DNA from: a virus
Taxonomy: Duplodnaviria; Caudoviricetes
IMG/VR virus record: IMGVR_UViG_3300025723_000140
Span: 1 to 27,217 of that record
Reading direction: 5' to 3' (one strand)
Length of the DNA: 27,217 nucleotides
Shown here: one piece after another, positions 17,163 through 25,683 of the stretch
Layout: each line of letters opens with the position of its first letter
Numbering within the stretch: the stretch's first letter is position 1
The notes under the pieces: generated by a model
The model's input: only the letters and a program-made list of their open reading frames with translations
The model's database searches: none
What the model was told of the DNA's origin: nothing
Made by a program: the position numbers and the translations under genes

Positions 17163-18248
17163 TTAAGCCGTGTAAGTGCCGCTGGCGTAGAAAGATACTA
17201 CCGTGTTTGATCCGCTTGTTGTTACAGCTACGTTAGAGCCAGTATAAGAATTTGAAAAGCTAGATGTAGGAATGGATAAAATAATTATTCCAGATCCACC
17301 AGTTACTCCAAGTTGACTTCCAGCGGAACCACCAGCACCACCACCAGTATTTACTGTACCAATAGTACCTGCAATATTAACCCCACCTGCGCCACCACCA
17401 CCAGAACCACCTGTTCCAGCAGTACCGCCTGTTGTTACCGCACCACCACCACCGCCAGCATAATAAACAGCGGAACCAGTAATGCTAGAGGATACACCAA
17501 TACCACCGTTACCCGCAGCACCAGAGCCACCACCAAAACTTTGTCCTACTGCACCGCCACCACCACCACCTGCTGCTTGGTTATATGAAACACCTGGAAC
17601 AGAAGAACCACCAGCAAATCCTTGCCCTGAAGTTCCAGCACCTCCTGCTGTTGTGTTATTTCCGCCACCGCCACCAGATCCACCAGCTTTACCGTCACCA
17701 CCAGCACCAGAACCACCTTGACCGCCAGAACCACCGCCACCAATAGCAGTTTGGCTAAATGCAGAGGAGTTACTTCCGTTATTTCCTTGTGATGCAAAAC
17801 CAGATGTGCCAGAGCTTCCTGTACCGCCAGCACCTACTGTAATTGTATAGGTAGTACCAACTGTAGCTGATGCAGTACTAGCAATATAGCCACCGCCACC
17901 GCCTCCACCACCGTCATTTGTTCCAGAACCACCACCACCAGCAACAATAAGATAAGTAATTGTATAAGGAGCAGCATTAGTTACGGTTGCCCAAGCGCCA
18001 TTTAAATATGCTTCAAAGTTTTTTCCAGTAGTGTTATACCGCAACATTCCGTTGGCTACGTTTGCACCAGCAGGACGTTGAGCTGTTGTTCCGTTAGGCA
18101 GAGTAATAGCGCCAGTAGAAGTAAAGTTAGCGTTCTGATCTGTACCGATAATGACGGCAGTTGTATTTGCAGTTTGAAGTACAAGCGTACCTGTAGCGTC
18201 TACTGTTTCAGTTAAACCAGTACCAGCGTTTGCGTTTAATGTTGTCAT
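17163..18248 (-). CDS. Glycine-rich fibre tip/adhesin paralogue B2
   Basis: 361 aa; PNGTTAQRP...GMLRYNT motif, YLIVAGGGG, polyglycine runs, C-terminal SGTYTA. Confidence 0.8.
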   Translation of the reverse strand: MTTLNANAGTGLTETVDATGTLVLQTANTTAVIIGTDQNANFTSTGAITLPNGTTAQRPAGANVANGMLRYNTTGKNFEAYLNGAWATVTNAAPYTITYLIVAGGGGSGTNDGGGGGGGGYIASTASATVGTTYTITVGAGGTGSSGTSGFASQGNNGSNSSAFSQTAIGGGGSGGQGGSGAGGDGKAGGSGGGGGNNTTAGGAGTSGQGFAGGSSVPGVSYNQAAGGGGGGAVGQSFGGGSGAAGNGGIGVSSSITGSAVYYAGGGGGAVTTGGTAGTGGSGGGGAGGVNIAGTIGTVNTGGGAGGSAGSQLGVTGGSGIIILSIPTSSFSNSYTGSNVAVTTSGSNTVVSFYASGTYTA

Positions 18249-19309
18249 GCTGTGTATGTCCCAGATGAATAAAAAGATACAACTGTATTTGATCCGCTAG
18301 TAGCTACAGCTACGTTAGCGCCAGAATAAGAATTTGAAAAGGAAGATGTAGCTATAGAGATAATAATTACACCAGAACCACCGTTACCGCCAGCTCCACC
18401 ACTATTACCACCACCACCTCCACCGCCTAAATAAGCAGTTCCAGCTCCGCCATTAGACCCGCCACCACCAGAGCCACCTGATCCACCAGAACCAAACGAA
18501 GCTCCACCGCCACCGCCAGCGTATGCTACGGTTGAACCTGTAATTGTAGAGTTTGCACCAGCACCACCGTTACCGCCTACAGTAGAACTGCCATCTCCTC
18601 CTGCACTACCTTTACCACCGCCACCGCCAGAGCCATAATTTGGTCCAGAAGCACTATGTATACCACCAGCATTACCCTGACCAGAAGTTCCTGAACCGCC
18701 ACCAGGATGTGATCCATCTCCAGTACCAGCCTCACCACCACCTGAACCACCACTAACACCAGCAAGATTTAAGTTTGATCCACCACCACCACCACCTACA
18801 GTTGAAGTTAATCCAGTAAAAGTAGAAGCGTTTCCGTTTGTTCCTTGGGTTGAACCAGAACTAGAACCTGCACCACCAGCACCAACAACGGCTGTATAAG
18901 TAGTTCCTTGTACAAATGTTGTAGTTCCCGTAAGCATCCCACCAGCACCACCTCCGCCACCAGTAGATCCTCCAGCACCACCACCGCCAGCTACCATCAA
19001 ATAAGATGCGGTATAAGAAACGCCATTACCAGAAATTTTTGCCCAACCACCATTAACATAACCTTCTAACTCTGGGCCATCGGTGTTATAACGAATCATG
19101 CCATTTACTGGCGAAGCTGGACGCTGTGCTGTTGTACCAGCAGGAACTTTTACTGCACCTACACTAACAAAGTTAGCATTTTGATTGGCATTAATAGTGA
19201 TTGCGCCTAGTCTGTTTGTCTGAAACGTAAGGTTAGCCGTGCCATCAGATATTTTATATAGAGCTGTGGCTGTTGTAGCATTACCAGCGGTTGTATTTAT
19301 AGTACTCAT
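18245..19309 (-). CDS. Glycine-rich fibre tip/adhesin paralogue A2
   Basis: 354 aa; same architecture (PAGTTAQRP...GMIRYNT, YLMVAGGGG, SGTYTA). Confidence 0.8.
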   Translation of the reverse strand: MSTINTTAGNATTATALYKISDGTANLTFQTNRLGAITINANQNANFVSVGAVKVPAGTTAQRPASPVNGMIRYNTDGPELEGYVNGGWAKISGNGVSYTASYLMVAGGGGAGGSTGGGGGAGGMLTGTTTFVQGTTYTAVVGAGGAGSSSGSTQGTNGNASTFTGLTSTVGGGGGGSNLNLAGVSGGSGGGEAGTGDGSHPGGGSGTSGQGNAGGIHSASGPNYGSGGGGGKGSAGGDGSSTVGGNGGAGANSTITGSTVAYAGGGGGASFGSGGSGGSGGGGSNGGAGTAYLGGGGGGGNSGGAGGNGGSGVIIISIATSSFSNSYSGANVAVATSGSNTVVSFYSSGTYTA

Positions 19310-19500
19310 GGCGCAGTTGTATAAGTAACGCTGTTAACCGTTAAACCGCTAGTTCCATTAAAGTTAGTATTACTATATATAGTCATTACGTTGGCAGTAT
19401 CCGTAATGCCAGGAGTAAACTTTGTTGTAACAGAGCTTGCTGGTGTATTTGTAGTATCAGGAAAGGTTATGCCAGCGCTACCGCCAGCAGTCATAGTCAT
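19306..19500 (-). CDS. 64-aa Thr-rich fibre-like module
   Basis: Fills the gap exactly, with an ATGA overlap onto A2; GITFPD motif of fibre N-termini. Confidence 0.6.
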   Translation of the reverse strand: MTMTAGGSAGITFPDTTNTPASSVTTKFTPGITDTANVMTIYSNTNFNGTSGLTVNSVTYTTAP

Positions 19501-19502
19501 GG

Positions 19503-19769
19503 TTATTCCATATTCACAAAAATAGTATTGTCTTCTAGCGCTTCAATTTCATGCCATTCATTAGCAACTAAATTGACCGCATCGTCTTTTGTAGTTAACA
19601 CTACTTCTTTATTTTCTTTTCTAATAACACAAGAGCCAGCAATGCAAAAAGTTCCATGCCCATAAGTATGTTCGTGTCTTGGTAAGCCCTCGCCTTTATT
19701 GGCAAGAAATTCACTAATCCGTACACCTCTATAGACAAAGGATCTGCTTAATGTTGCTGGTGTTGTCAT
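19503..19769 (-). CDS. Cupin-domain protein
   Basis: GEGLPRHEHTYGH...GS and ANEWHEIEALED cupin motifs; start placed at ATG 19769 (MTTPA), 1 nt after the upstream stop. Confidence 0.8.
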   Translation of the reverse strand: MTTPATLSRSFVYRGVRISEFLANKGEGLPRHEHTYGHGTFCIAGSCVIRKENKEVVLTTKDDAVNLVANEWHEIEALEDNTIFVNME

Positions 19770-19770
19770 G

Positions 19771-20133
19771 TTATATAGAAGCAATAGTTGTTACTGCATC
19801 CCAAGCCTGATTAGCTTCGTTCCATGTATATTGACCGCCATCTGTAGGCATTGCAACAGGCGCTGTCCAAGTCCATGTAGGCGCAGAAATTGTCCATGAT
19901 GGGAAAGGTTGAGGTGCATAGAACACATCGTTTACTGCATCGTATGTATAACCAATACCAGCATAGTTACCACGTAACGGAGTTCCGCCTTGGGTGTGTT
20001 GTCCACCGATAGTGTTGTACGAAGTTTGAATCCAAGTACCAGGACTCGTATCTACGAAATGATTAAAAAAATCGGCTTCAGCGACAATTACTTGCTCGAC
20101 TTTACCGTTGTTTACTTTTGCAAAATGGCCCAT
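19771..20133 (-). CDS. Conserved small protein associated with glycine-rich fibre genes (possible chaperone or partner)
   Basis: 120 aa, AAGGAG RBS; MGHFAK...WIQTSYN...RGNYAGIGYTYD...PQPFPSW...WTAPVAMP...YTWNE. Confidence 0.75.
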   Translation of the reverse strand: MGHFAKVNNGKVEQVIVAEADFFNHFVDTSPGTWIQTSYNTIGGQHTQGGTPLRGNYAGIGYTYDAVNDVFYAPQPFPSWTISAPTWTWTAPVAMPTDGGQYTWNEANQAWDAVTTIASI

Positions 20134-20148
20134 TTAAATCTCCTTTAG

Positions 20149-21213
20149 TTAAGCCGTATAGGAACCGCTTGAATTGAACGTTAATATTGTATTAGAACCG
20201 TTTGATGTTACTGTTGGTGAGCCTGTAGTTGTACCAGTGTAGTTTGTTGTTGGGATAGAAATGATTACAATTCCTGATCCACCAGCTCCACCTGATACTC
20301 CAGTACCAGCAGAACGTTCTGATCCACCACCGCCACCACCAGTGTTAGTTGTGCCTGCAGAACCCTGTCCGCCAGAACCAGCTCCACCGCCACCTGATCC
20401 ACCAGCACCAGGAACGCCACCAATTCCACAAACAGTTACTGCTGATCCACCGCCACCGCCAGCATAGGTTCCCGTTATTCCAGCAGAACTTATAGTTGAA
20501 CCAGCGCCACCAGCGCCAGCAGTTACTCCAGAACCAGAACCACCCACTGCGCCAGCACCACCACCCCCACCAGTACCACCATTTGGTGCTTGTCCAGTAC
20601 CACCATTATTTCCTTGACCTGAAGTTCCAGAGCCTCCAGTGTAAGGGCTATTACCACCACCACCTCCACCGCCAGAACCACCAGATTTTGCGGGAGTTCC
20701 TGAAGCATATCCACCGCCACCGCCACCGCCTACTGCGGTAGTTAAACCCGTTATTGAAGAACTTGAGCCATTACTACCAGAAACACCTGTAGCACCTCCA
20801 CCAGCTCCACCAGCTCCGCCACCACCAACAGTGACTGTGTATACAGAACCAACCACAAAAGTTGTTGTGCTGGATAAAAGACCCCCTGCACCACCTCCAC
20901 CTCCTACATAACATCCACCGCCACCACCACCGCCAGCAACAATAAGATATGTAGCGGTATATCCACCTTGTTTAACAATTTGCCAAGCATTTGAATAAGT
21001 TTCAAGAGCATCTGTAGTCGTGTTATATCGAATAGCACCATTTGTTGCGCTTGCAGGTCTTTGTGCAGTGGTTCCAACAGGAACAACAACAGCGCCAGTA
21101 ACGCTACTCATATCCACTAATTGGGATGTAGCTGTAAAGACTAAATTTCCGCTTGTATCTGCGGATTCGACATATGCCGTAGTAGTTGTATTTCCTGCGC
21201 TTATCGTACTCAT
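20149..21213 (-). CDS. Glycine-rich fibre tip/adhesin paralogue B1
   Basis: 354 aa; PVGTTAQRP...GAIRYNT, YLIVAGGGG, SGSYTA. Confidence 0.8.
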   Translation of the reverse strand: MSTISAGNTTTTAYVESADTSGNLVFTATSQLVDMSSVTGAVVVPVGTTAQRPASATNGAIRYNTTTDALETYSNAWQIVKQGGYTATYLIVAGGGGGGGCYVGGGGGAGGLLSSTTTFVVGSVYTVTVGGGGAGGAGGGATGVSGSNGSSSSITGLTTAVGGGGGGGYASGTPAKSGGSGGGGGGGNSPYTGGSGTSGQGNNGGTGQAPNGGTGGGGGAGAVGGSGSGVTAGAGGAGSTISSAGITGTYAGGGGGSAVTVCGIGGVPGAGGSGGGGAGSGGQGSAGTTNTGGGGGGSERSAGTGVSGGAGGSGIVIISIPTTNYTGTTTGSPTVTSNGSNTILTFNSSGSYTA

Positions 21214-22286
21214 GCTGTATATGTTCCGCTTGTTGTAAACGTCATTATAGTATTTGAACCGCTTGTTGTAATAGTGGCATTAGCATAAGTATTAGTAAAA
21301 CTTGATGTAGCTACAGAAATAATTACTATTCCCGAACCACCTGCACCGCCAGCGCCTTGATTAAGACCAACACCACCGCCACCGCCACCTGTATTAACTG
21401 TACCATTTGAACCAGCGCCAGTACCACCATTACCACCACCGCCATTACCACCGCTTGAAGTGCCACTTACATAAGATCCACCACCACCACCACCTGAAAA
21501 ATAGTAAACGCTAGAAACGTTTTGACCAGCAGTAGATCCTACGATTGGATTTATTGATCCTACGCCACCAGCACCGCCAGTATTGTTTCCTTGACCAGAA
21601 ACTCCAGCACCGCCAGCACCACCACCTCCACCTCCAGAATAAGGGTTAACCGTACTTCCACCACCACCATTATTACCTTGACCTGATGTTCCAGAACCAA
21701 AACTACTGTTTTGACCACCACCACCGCCACCAGATCCACCAGATCCGCCTGCTCCTCCAGCAGCAGCGCCATATCCACCACCAAGAGCATTTAACGATAA
21801 TGCACTAATAGTTGAGTTAGCACCAACAGTGCCAGGGGCGGATGCTTGATTTACAGCGCCAGCTCCACCAGCGCCTACAACAATAGAATACGTAGTACCA
21901 ATACTTAAAGAAGTAGTGTTAGCTAAAAATCCACCAGCTCCACCGCCACCACCACCTGTGTTATATCCAACATAGTTATTACCACCACCACCGCCACCGC
22001 CAACAACTAAATAAGAAGCAGAATATGAGTAAGTACTTGTATTTACATTTCCCCAGCCACCAGATACATAGGCTTCAAGTTGTGAAGTACTAGTGTTATA
22101 ACGAATCATTCCTGTTCTAGGAGTAGCAGGGCGCTGTGCAGTAGTTCCTCTTGGTAAATTTAATTCACCAGTATTGGTGTTCATTAACACTAATTGGTTG
22201 TCTGCAACAAACGTCAAATTCCCTGACGTATCAGGGGTTCTTAACAAGGTGGTAGTAGCGGAGTTCCCAGCCTTGATAGTTGACAT
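21210..22286 (-). CDS. Glycine-rich fibre tip/adhesin paralogue A1
   Basis: 358 aa; PRGTTAQRP...GMIRYNT, YLVVGGGG, SGTYTA. Confidence 0.8.
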   Translation of the reverse strand: MSTIKAGNSATTTLLRTPDTSGNLTFVADNQLVLMNTNTGELNLPRGTTAQRPATPRTGMIRYNTSTSQLEAYVSGGWGNVNTSTYSYSASYLVVGGGGGGGNNYVGYNTGGGGGGAGGFLANTTSLSIGTTYSIVVGAGGAGAVNQASAPGTVGANSTISALSLNALGGGYGAAAGGAGGSGGSGGGGGGQNSSFGSGTSGQGNNGGGGSTVNPYSGGGGGGAGGAGVSGQGNNTGGAGGVGSINPIVGSTAGQNVSSVYYFSGGGGGGSYVSGTSSGGNGGGGNGGTGAGSNGTVNTGGGGGGVGLNQGAGGAGGSGIVIISVATSSFTNTYANATITTSGSNTIMTFTTSGTYTA

Positions 22287-22287
22287 C

Positions 22288-23454
22288 TTAGATAATTACC
22301 CAGCGTGAACCCGATGTAATTGTTACTGTTACACCGTTTGCGGTATTTACTGGGCCTACTGAGAATCCATTTACACCAGCATTAACTGTGGCATTAGAAG
22401 TAATGTTTACGTTCAAAGCCAAGATAGAACTATTACCAATACCAGTAGATCCGCCACCACCAGTAGATGCTGCCCATACAGGAGGCAAACTAGATCCCTG
22501 GCTTGTCAGTACATAGTTGGCAGTACCAAATGATCCGTTAGCACCAAAAGCGCCACTAGCATTAATGGTAATTGCATCAACTGAGCTATTGTTAACTACA
22601 AAGTGAATTGAGTTTGCTGTGGCTGTACCAACAACAAGGTCTGCTGCGCCCGCATAAATGTATGCTGTATTAGCTGCTGAAAGTGCGCCTGTACCAGTAT
22701 ATTTACTGGAAGTAATACCAAAGTCTGCGTAAGCGGTGCCCGTATCGTTAACTACTACAAAGTCAGTAGCAGCATTAGTTCCATTGCTTATATTTTGTGC
22801 AACGATCTGTACATATGTATTAGCAGTATTAGCGTAAGAGGCTAGTATTCCTGTATCAGAATAACTTAAAGTCCCATAAGAATAGGCGCCCGCAGCCGTA
22901 TTAACAGCAATATTTGCAGTAGCAATATGATTTAAAGCAATAACATTTGTAAACGTACCATTAGCCGCAGTTGTTCCGCCAATAATAACGTTGTTTAAAG
23001 TACCACCAGTAATCGTAACGGCATTGGCGTTCTGGGTAGACATCGTACCCAAGCCAGTAAAGTTAGCACCAGAAATTGTACCGCCAGTAATTAATACGTT
23101 ACCAGATGCAAAGTTAGTAACCGTAGTAATGTTGCTTGAATCAGCATAAATAGCCCGTTCAGCAGGATAAGTAACAAAGACTGCTTTAGTACCAACACCA
23201 AAGTTAACGGCTGTATTTGCATTACTAGATGCAAGAACCGTAGTACGAGCTAAAGATGTATTAGCTAGATAATAAGTACCAATACCTACTTCCCAGTTTG
23301 AACCAGACTGATCCGCAATGGTGTAGTAAGTAGTATTAGTATTACCGATAACAGCAAAAGACTGATAGCCTGTTACAGCTCCAGCCAATACTATCGTACC
23401 ACTACCAGTACTTGTCGAGGTCTCTTGGACCCGATCCGCTATTACAAAAGCCAT
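22288..23454 (-). CDS. Proximal tail fibre protein
   Basis: 388 aa; ADRVQET...WEVGIGTY...VFVTYPA anchor; C-terminal SVGPV...GVTVTITSGSRWVII. Confidence 0.75.
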   Translation of the reverse strand: MAFVIADRVQETSTSTGSGTIVLAGAVTGYQSFAVIGNTNTTYYTIADQSGSNWEVGIGTYYLANTSLARTTVLASSNANTAVNFGVGTKAVFVTYPAERAIYADSSNITTVTNFASGNVLITGGTISGANFTGLGTMSTQNANAVTITGGTLNNVIIGGTTAANGTFTNVIALNHIATANIAVNTAAGAYSYGTLSYSDTGILASYANTANTYVQIVAQNISNGTNAATDFVVVNDTGTAYADFGITSSKYTGTGALSAANTAYIYAGAADLVVGTATANSIHFVVNNSSVDAITINASGAFGANGSFGTANYVLTSQGSSLPPVWAASTGGGGSTGIGNSSILALNVNITSNATVNAGVNGFSVGPVNTANGVTVTITSGSRWVII

Positions 23455-23455
23455 A

Positions 23456-24031
23456 TTAGATCCTATTCCCTTTAGTCATATTTTCCTTAGCAGGAATGAC
23501 TCTTAAATTCCAAGGCACATGAAGCCCGCATACGTCTTTGCCACGAATCGGCACTATATGATCTACATGCCACGCCTCAACGCCGTGTACATTCAACATA
23601 GCAGCTAACTGATACTTGCATTTTATATGAAGAAGCTGGCTTTCGGATAACCATTTTGGGGTTGCATTAACTTTTTTCAGCTTATAGCGTTTGGCTAAAG
23701 CATTGGCGGTACCACGATTAGTCTTGCTCCAAAGGCGCTGCTTAGCTTTGCGGTCTTCTGCGTTAGCTTGATAGGCACGTTTAGAGCGCTCTAAATCTAA
23801 TTCTTTGTATTTGGCATACAGTTCTGCAGACAAATTTGGATTGGCGGTTTTTCGCTGATTGTAATATTCTTTAAATTTACTTTTACGTAATTCTTGATTA
23901 TCGTAATGATTTTTGGACGATACTACCTTACGACAGTCTTTGCAGTCGTTACGATAACCATCAGGAGAGTCTTTACGTTTGTAAAACTCGCTTAATGATT
24001 TTTGAGCTTTGCAAGATACACAAAGCTTCAT
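23456..24031 (-). CDS. Free-standing HNH homing endonuclease with N-terminal zinc finger
   Basis: CVSC...EFYK...CKDC; HVDHIVP...CGLHVPWNL...EN..KGN; Lys/Arg-rich, unlike its neighbours. Confidence 0.9.
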   Translation of the reverse strand: MKLCVSCKAQKSLSEFYKRKDSPDGYRNDCKDCRKVVSSKNHYDNQELRKSKFKEYYNQRKTANPNLSAELYAKYKELDLERSKRAYQANAEDRKAKQRLWSKTNRGTANALAKRYKLKKVNATPKWLSESQLLHIKCKYQLAAMLNVHGVEAWHVDHIVPIRGKDVCGLHVPWNLRVIPAKENMTKGNRI

Positions 24032-24034
24032 TAC

Positions 24035-24472
24035 TTAGGCAATCCTGATAATAGCGTTGGATGAGTCTGCAGTAGGGAAAATCACTGTAAAAGTCCCGTT
24101 AGTAGCGGTCTTATCGCCACCAAAAGCCAACACTGCAACAGCGGTATTTGCAGTTGTAGTTGCGTTGTAGATCAAAGCACCGTTTGCAGTAATGTTTGCA
24201 TTTGTCCATGAGCTATTTGCAAAAGACATAAACGCTACGTTACCTGTACTTGTCGGACTTGTGCTAACTGTTAAAGTGTTTCCACCAGTAGTATAGTTTG
24301 AGCCAGAGTTAGTTACTTCAGCAGTTGCTGTCCATGCTGTAGTAGAGTTACTTAATGTTGCAGCGCTTGTGTATAAAGCTATTTTATACGTTGCTCCACC
24401 TGCTACTAAGTTTTGCTGACCGCTAAGGATTTGTACCTTAAACGAATCGCACATTGCTTGGGTAATTGCCAT
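24035..24472 (-). CDS. Virion structural protein (likely fibre-attachment/collar)
   Basis: 145 aa, AGGAG RBS; SFK...KIALYT...YTTGG...GALIYN...VLAFGGDK...AIIRIA motifs recalled from phage tail modules. Confidence 0.65.
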   Translation of the reverse strand: MAITQAMCDSFKVQILSGQQNLVAGGATYKIALYTSAATLSNSTTAWTATAEVTNSGSNYTTGGNTLTVSTSPTSTGNVAFMSFANSSWTNANITANGALIYNATTTANTAVAVLAFGGDKTATNGTFTVIFPTADSSNAIIRIA

Positions 24473-24502
24473 TTTCTACTCCTAAAAATTTGGTTAATTT
24501 TA

Positions 24503-25195
24503 CTACAGTTTGTTGTACTGCAACTTGGTTTGACCATCTCTGTAAGCATCGCCACGCTCCAAACCATCGCCAAGGCGTTTGAGTTGATGCATTGCTTCGT
24601 CATACTTAGCTTTATATTGCGCCGTTATATCAGCCTCACCTTTCATATAGGTATAAGCTTCAACAATAGAGCCATAAAGTAACGCAGGCGAATAGTTATC
24701 GCCAAGCCAAGAAGTACCTTGATCTACAATAGATTCTGGATAGTAGAAATAATGCAATTCTGCTGTATAAACAGCGTCAGGCGTTGGACCAAGAATAAAA
24801 GATAATTCATTAGGATCATTCAAACGAGATCCAAATAGTGCGTAATACTTAGGCAAACCAGTAGCATTTGGATTTGGATAAGCTTCTCTAATGTAATTTA
24901 CGTCTTTATTTAATAAGTATTGGTAGTTACCCGTAGTATCTATAACTGCAATAGAGTAAGTAGACAAAAAATCATTTGGGCAAGCCAAGTACTTATTATT
25001 AGCTGTTAAATTACCAGTAACGTTTTTTCGCAAAGAAGGTATCTGCACCGTATTGTAGATGCGCTCCTCTGCTTGTTGAATGAAAGTATTAATCTGCGTT
25101 GTATAGCTGACCGTACTTCCATTAGCAAGAAACGTATCCGGAAATATGTTTTCCGTGTACGTCTGTATCTGAGCGAAAAGAGTGTTGTAATCCAT
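24503..25195 (-). CDS. Head-tail adaptor / tail tubular A-like protein
   Basis: 230 aa; FIQQAEERIYN, GLPKYYA, LGPTPD, LLYGSIVEAYTYMKG pattern of adaptor rings. Confidence 0.65.
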   Translation of the reverse strand: MDYNTLFAQIQTYTENIFPDTFLANGSTVSYTTQINTFIQQAEERIYNTVQIPSLRKNVTGNLTANNKYLACPNDFLSTYSIAVIDTTGNYQYLLNKDVNYIREAYPNPNATGLPKYYALFGSRLNDPNELSFILGPTPDAVYTAELHYFYYPESIVDQGTSWLGDNYSPALLYGSIVEAYTYMKGEADITAQYKAKYDEAMHQLKRLGDGLERGDAYRDGQTKLQYNKL

Positions 25196-25476
25196 TAGGC
25201 CATAGGTCCACGGGACTTGATACCTTTAATTGCAGCGCCAGTACCACGAATGGTAATGCCATCTGTCTTGGTATCAGGCTGACTCTTAAACAAAGTGCCA
25301 ATAGCTGGACGTAAAGCATCTACAGGCTTGCCCTTAAGAACTACAGCAGCCTCACCATCAGCAGCACTTGTGCCACGTTTTTCGTAAACTGAAGCATCCT
25401 TGTTGTTAACATTTTTGCCAACAACAACTGCAGGACTATTCTTAGTATTTGGTTTAACGTTTTTAGCGGTAGCCAT
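25195..25476 (-). CDS. Small basic protein (RGTGAAIKG motif)
   Basis: Start placed at ATG 25476 (MATAK), 1 nt after the upstream stop and preceded by GAGG; 93 aa. Confidence 0.65.
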   Translation of the reverse strand: MATAKNVKPNTKNSPAVVVGKNVNNKDASVYEKRGTSAADGEAAVVLKGKPVDALRPAIGTLFKSQPDTKTDGITIRGTGAAIKGIKSRGPMA

Positions 25477-25477
25477 A

Positions 25478-25675
25478 TTAACGACCTCTTCCTGCTGATT
25501 TTTGTAACATAGCACGAGCCATATTGCGTCCAACAGCTTTCATGGAGTTACCCAATTTCTGTGGACCTTTGATTGGACCTTTTTCAATCCCCACTGATGG
25601 GCCTGAATCACCAAGGTTCGTACCCTTAGTTTTACCTGATTTTGTTACGCCGTCTGCCGCTTTTTTGAATGTCAT
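25478..25675 (-). CDS. Small basic protein (ADG...GKTKG motif)
   Basis: 65 aa, AGGAG RBS, K/R/G-rich, tiles the gap exactly. Confidence 0.7.
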   Translation of the reverse strand: MTFKKAADGVTKSGKTKGTNLGDSGPSVGIEKGPIKGPQKLGNSMKAVGRNMARAMLQKSAGRGR

Positions 25676-25683
25676 AATTACTC

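Noticed and set aside
17546-21790. Short Val-rich minus-strand ORFs inside the glycine-rich genes
   Set aside because: Frame-shifted GGT runs read as Val; they are artefacts without their own signals.
17163-22286. Diversity-generating retroelement or invertible shufflon
   Set aside because: No reverse transcriptase, recombinase or inverted cassette is present, and differences between repeats are not restricted to adenines.
17163-22286. Collagen or PE-PGRS assignment
   Set aside because: The glycine runs are not sustained Gly-X-Y, there is no PE domain, and the context is a phage tail.
23456-24031. Group I intron around the HNH gene
   Set aside because: Flanking genes look complete and there is no non-coding space for a ribozyme core.
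25477-25533. Upstream extensions of ORFs given in the track (starts 25533, 19784, 14458)
   Set aside because: Downstream ATGs (25476, 19769, 14446) fit the stop-start coupling seen throughout the operon.
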